NCBI GenBank assembly: GCA_001643675.2
Contig: LSRY02000015.1
Location: 1,773,936-1,837,935, forward strand
Direction of reading: 5' to 3'
From: Monocercomonoides exilis PA203
Taxonomy: Eukaryota > Protista > Preaxostyla
DNA: 64,000 bases
The notes beneath the pieces were generated by a model that made no database searches, was not told where the DNA came from, and saw only the letters and a list, made by a program, of their open reading frames with translations. This document shows positions 59,401 to 64,000 of this stretch, piece after piece (positions within the stretch are counted from its first letter, which is position 1; every line of letters starts with the position of its first letter). The position numbers were made by a program, and so were the translations under genes.

Positions 59401-62400
59401 AATTTGATTGAAAACATGTGATTTCAAAAGCAATCATCCATATATTCGCACAATCCCAAATTCAAAAATCAATATGAAATATCAAATAATAAAAACTTTT
59501 TAAGTTATCTGTGCAAAATAAGAAGGAGTCAATAAGTGACCCTTTACCAAAACAAATTGTTGATAAATTGTGGAAGATATGTCTGAAATGTTTATATATG
59601 TGCTAAAAGCTGTCATATTCTTTTCTGAAATTAACAGACAAAAATAAATAAATAATGTCAATAAAGGAAATGCTCCATAAAAAGTGAGCCCTATTATGAG
59701 CACAAATATTTCCATTTGGAATTATTTTTTATGTGGTTAATAAATAATGAATTAATAATTTTTTTAATCGCAAGAACAAAATATTCTAATCTCCATTTAA
59801 TAAACGTTAATTGCTATTTTTGATTATTGTCAAATATTTCGAATTTGTTTGAAAGTTTTTTGATTTTTTTATTTTTTATTTTTTTTTTTATTTTGATTTT
59901 GAATAACTTTTGGGCATTTTTGAAAAACGAAAAATCTGCAATTGTCAAGAGAGAAAATAGGAGTTTAAGCAGAAACTGCATGCAATTATTGAGATTTCAT
60001 TTTTCAGACTAAACTATGGCAATGACAAAAAGCAGATATATGAGAGAATAATTATTTACAAAAGAAAAAAAAAGTCTTATTGAAATGGTGTTATTATAGC
60101 TTTAAATTCGAAATAACAAGCTTCAATCAAATCTTTTGAGAAACAAAAAAGATTATTATAATAAGTGCATATACACAACATACCAGAATATTGAAATGAT
60201 GTTTGAAAGAAGCAATTAGACAATATTAGCGAGAAAAAAGTAATTCAGTGTTTAAAATAATTGCACACATTAGCTGCTGCTTTGATACGAATGCCAGAAA
60301 ACACCAGCGAGAAGTTTTGGAAAATGCCTTTTCACACACGCAAAATTTCCTTCAACAAAAGTTTTTCTGTAATTTGCTCAACAAAACAAAAAAGTGCGTT
60401 TGAATAATAATTAAATAAATCAAAATTAAATGGTGCCTTTTGCAAATGCCTTTGTCCAACGCTTTATGTTTGGATAAATCCAACGAAATTAAGAATAGTG
60501 CACCATTTAATTTTTTGTTCATCTCCAATCATTCTTTATTCTGAGAAATATGCCAGCGTTTATCTTTCTTTTTCCTTTTCAAGTGATTCATCTGTGGCTG
60601 CCCCCAACTCTCCATTCTGCTTCATCCACTGCTCCCTCTTGTTTGTGTTTCGCTTTCAGATCCAGAACCCAGCTTCACAATAACCCCGCTCCGCTCAATG
60701 TATTCTGACCCGCATTCCTCCGACCCTTCGCAATATGCAATTGCATCCGACACTGTCGCCATCGTGTACCCCGATGGCAAGCGCCCAACCAGATATCGCT
60801 TCACCTGCATCAACGATGCTCTCCTTTCTGGATTTCCATCCAACCCGTTTTCCACCGCTTCGCACATCTCTGATCCACGTATGCTCTCCATTCCTGGCCT
60901 CTCCCCATTCTTTATCTTCTCTCCAGCCGTCTCAGCCTCATACTCCCCAAACGGAATCTGCAGTGTCAAACACTCCCACAGCATCATCCCTATCGAGAAC
61001 ACCACCGTCTTCTTCGTCGCATGTTTCTTTGTTCCATTCAGCAGCTCTGGTGCCTTCCACCTCAAACACTCCTTTCTGTTGTCTTCGTCATCCTCAAAGG
61101 CAGATGAGGGCAGAGAATCACTTTCAACATCACTTGCTGATGTCACAACTGTTGCTGAAGATATGGAGGACGAAGTGTCTGAGCCTGATGAACAATCTGA
61201 GTGCATGGTGATGCAGATGACCATGTGCTCGGAGAACAGCACAATGTGCGGACTCAGACTGCCCAGCGACTGAAGAGGTTTTCCATTTCATCAAATGAAT
61301 GGAGCGCTCCATTTGCCACCCAGAACAGGATTTGAGCAGCTGCCATTTCTCTCTTGAAGAGTGTCAATTGCCATCTCCTTCTTCTCATTTTTCCCGTGCA
61401 ACAACATAAACAGGGAATCCCTCAAATCCACTATCAACTTCTCATGAGGTGATGAACAGGCCATTGCATCCACCAAGTTTGACATCGATGAGGTTGTCGG
61501 ACACAAATCCTCCTCGAACAAACGTGGAATCTGAATCAGTTGTTGATGTGGTTGAAGTGGATGAAATGGAAGGTGATGGCGTTCTCTTCCTTATCTCTTC
61601 TTCTTCATCTTTCTCCAACATCCATTGAGGGATCTTATCTGAATCTCTTCCCAAAATGTATTCTGTTGAGCCACTCTCAGATAGAAGATGTTCAGATGAC
61701 TCTGAATGTTGCAGATTCGTGTCATATATTCTCTTCTTCATCCTTTCCTCATTCTTTTCTCTGCATCCCTCTCTGCTCTCCTCCACTCCTCAGGTGACAT
61801 CTCCATCGTCACCATCTCAAATGCCTTCGGATCCTTTTTGATATTATCATTCACAATCTCTCTCAGATCATCTGCTTCATTCTTTTCCTTCCTCCACCGA
61901 ATAGCCAGAACAATAATGACCACAAACAGTATTACAACAATCGCAATGCAAACAATCAACAACCAATACGATTTCCTTCTTTTCCTCCTTCAACAATCCT
62001 TTCATCCCCATTAGCTTTAGGCTCACTTCTGTTCTTCAGAATGAAAGAATCAGTGACGATGGATTATTTCCGTCCCCAAACAGAATGCACACACTCACCT
62101 CTGCCTCATCTCCTGCCTCGCTAATTGTTTCCCGTTTCACCTCCCTTTAACCTCTGTCTCTGACATATCCACTCTCATTAAACCCATATTTCTCAATCTG
62201 CTTTTCTTCTCCAATCTGCTTCACAATCATGAATGACAAGTTGCAAGGGAGAAGCAGCTTCCTTTGAACACAACCTCCATTTCTTCTCCTTTCTCATTTG
62301 CTTCGACACTCTCTAACACTGGAATGAAAAATGGTGATGCCCTTTCAGAAATAATCCCTTCAAAGCTGCACCCATCATTCAACATCCAAAGTGAGGTATT

Positions 62401-64000
62401 ATCCTTCCATCCATCTCCTCCTTTCAGACTCATCACATTAAATGTTCCTGAATCTGAACAGATGATATTTCTTCTCAATGATGGGTAATTTGCTATTGAA
62501 GGGTTGTTATTCTCAAATAACCCATTTCAATTCAACACTTCCTCCACTCACAGTTATCCCTCCCTTTGAGGAGTTGCAGATTGTTGTGTCTTTCATCATC
62601 ACGGAACTACTAGAAAAATCAACAATTGAACCATTCCATCTGCATGTTTCATTTTCCGCTTCATTAAACACTTTGTTGGATAACCTTCTTTGTGATTCTT
62701 TTGTATCGCATTCGCTTGAATTCCCATCCAAGAGGCAACTGTCCATCACTGCGTCTGAGCAGTTGCCCAATGTGATGAGCATCCTCTTGAATTGTCTTGT
62801 GCTGAATTTTTGATCGAGCAATTGTTAAGTTTCATTTTTCTTCTCACGCCTGAGCACGACAGCAAAGAAAGTCCTCTTTGGAGACGGTGACATTCGCCAA
62901 TTCCAGATGATTCGCAGAATTTCTCCACTTCCTGTGACATCAATGAGCGGATCGCTGGTTGCCAAGTTGCAGAACACGCAAACAACAAATTGGATAGGTG
63001 ATGCAATGCATATTGCAGCCACAGAAAGTGCAACGTCTGCCACGCAGCATCCATCTAGAACACATCTCCCCGAGGCAATTTGAATGATGTGAAACGGTAT
63101 TTGTGCTTGCAAACGAGTTTCAGCAGGTTCTGTGTGTTTTGAGCTGAACGAGCAGTTGACCATTTCCACCAATCCGCTGTCTGGCTCAACCAGTGCAACG
63201 TGAGAAGATGCAAATTCCATATCAAATACAAACCTCACTCGAAATAGTCACTGTGTTGGATGTCGATATCACACTCGCCCTTGTGCATTCGATCCTCGAC
63301 TCCACTTCAACATTGCACAGATCGCGGCTTCTTGAGCTCAGGCTCATCTCGTCCAGTTCCACTTCCCTTGATCGCACTCTCCCCATCAACAAACATCTGA
63401 CTGATGAAGTCCGCAGTCAGATGTGCAAGTCCATAGTCAATGGACTGGCACGGCAGAGAGCGTGTGCCACACTGCCGTTCATCCACTCCACTATTGCCTG
63501 ACACGATGATTGTGTCGCTCTGGTGGATTGTGATGAAGTCTATCAGATTCGTGCTTCCTGTGTGTTCTGTGGCATCCGACCCATATATCGCATTCAGCCG
63601 AGCATAGCTCTCTTCCCGAAGATCGAAGCGGAACTGAGTCTCGTTGATCTGGCACGAGATGTTGTAGCACTCGACAAATATGTCGTTCCCCACCCCTGCT
63701 GTGTTTGCGCTGAAGCTCACCTTCTCAAACACAAAGCTCAGCGCCCCTTTCTTTGCTCTCCAGATACACCCCTCCGCCTTTCCCGCTGTTGCTCTCGCAG
63801 CTGCACCGACTCATCGTTGTCTTCACCATGCTAAGCCTTCCTGCTTTGTGCAGTCCAAACAGCATCCCCTCCCTTGTCGCTTGTCTCTGCTTTGTCATCC
63901 ACAAACAAGCAGTCTCTTATCCTCACTGTGATCCCTTCTCGCTTTTCGACACAAGCACACTCGCTTCATTGTCGCTTCTTTTCATCCCTCAAACGAACAG
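53032..64000. repeat. >5.4-kb inverted duplication: left arm 53032-58452, spacer 58453-58624, right arm 58625-64000 (continues beyond window)
   Basis: The right arm is the reverse complement of the giant gene's 3' part plus 2 kb of downstream DNA. Mirror-image ORFs appear in the track (55795-56370 - / 60698-61273 +). Confidence 0.95.
60622..64000 (-). pseudogene. Frameshifted inverted copy of the 3' part of the giant receptor-like gene (pseudogene or assembly artefact)
   Basis: Fragmented minus-strand ORFs identical in pieces to the 4125-aa protein (…LFSEHMVICI…TRGSSG; IICSDSGTFNVMSL; FEKVSFSANTAG), broken by many 1-2 nt deletions. Confidence 0.7.

Overview
Eukaryotic (protist) genomic DNA: AT-rich intergenic regions, short GT-AG introns and the standard genetic code. 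The gene style strongly recalls the oxymonad Monocercomonoides, but that assignment is an inference. Host genes, all on +: a partial low-complexity/coiled-coil protein, a Sgs1/BLM-type RecQ helicase, a diaphanous-type formin, a Ydj1/DNAJA co-chaperone, an XRN2/Rat1 exoribonuclease, LSM12, and an intronless 4125-aa receptor-like protein (repeated beta-helix-type ectodomain, TM helix, pseudokinase). There is also an intron-containing tRNA-Tyr(GTA) on -. Mobile DNA: three decayed, full-length ~2.0-2.2 kb intron-containing pogo-type DD35D transposons with TIRs and TA duplications, a PIF/Harbinger-type transposase gene, a Tc1/IS630 relic and a decayed DIRS1-like tyrosine-recombinase retrotransposon with 39-bp ITRs. 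Most notable: (i) a GC-rich hairpin with compensatory changes and G.U pairs, conserved upstream of two strongly diverged pogo transposases, a candidate transposon-borne structured RNA; (ii) palindromes at three scales (~100 bp, ~745 bp and >5.4 kb arms), one giving the empty site of a transposon insertion, the largest duplicating the receptor gene's 3' end with frameshifts plus synonymous-biased patches (real gene conversion versus assembly fold-back is unresolved).
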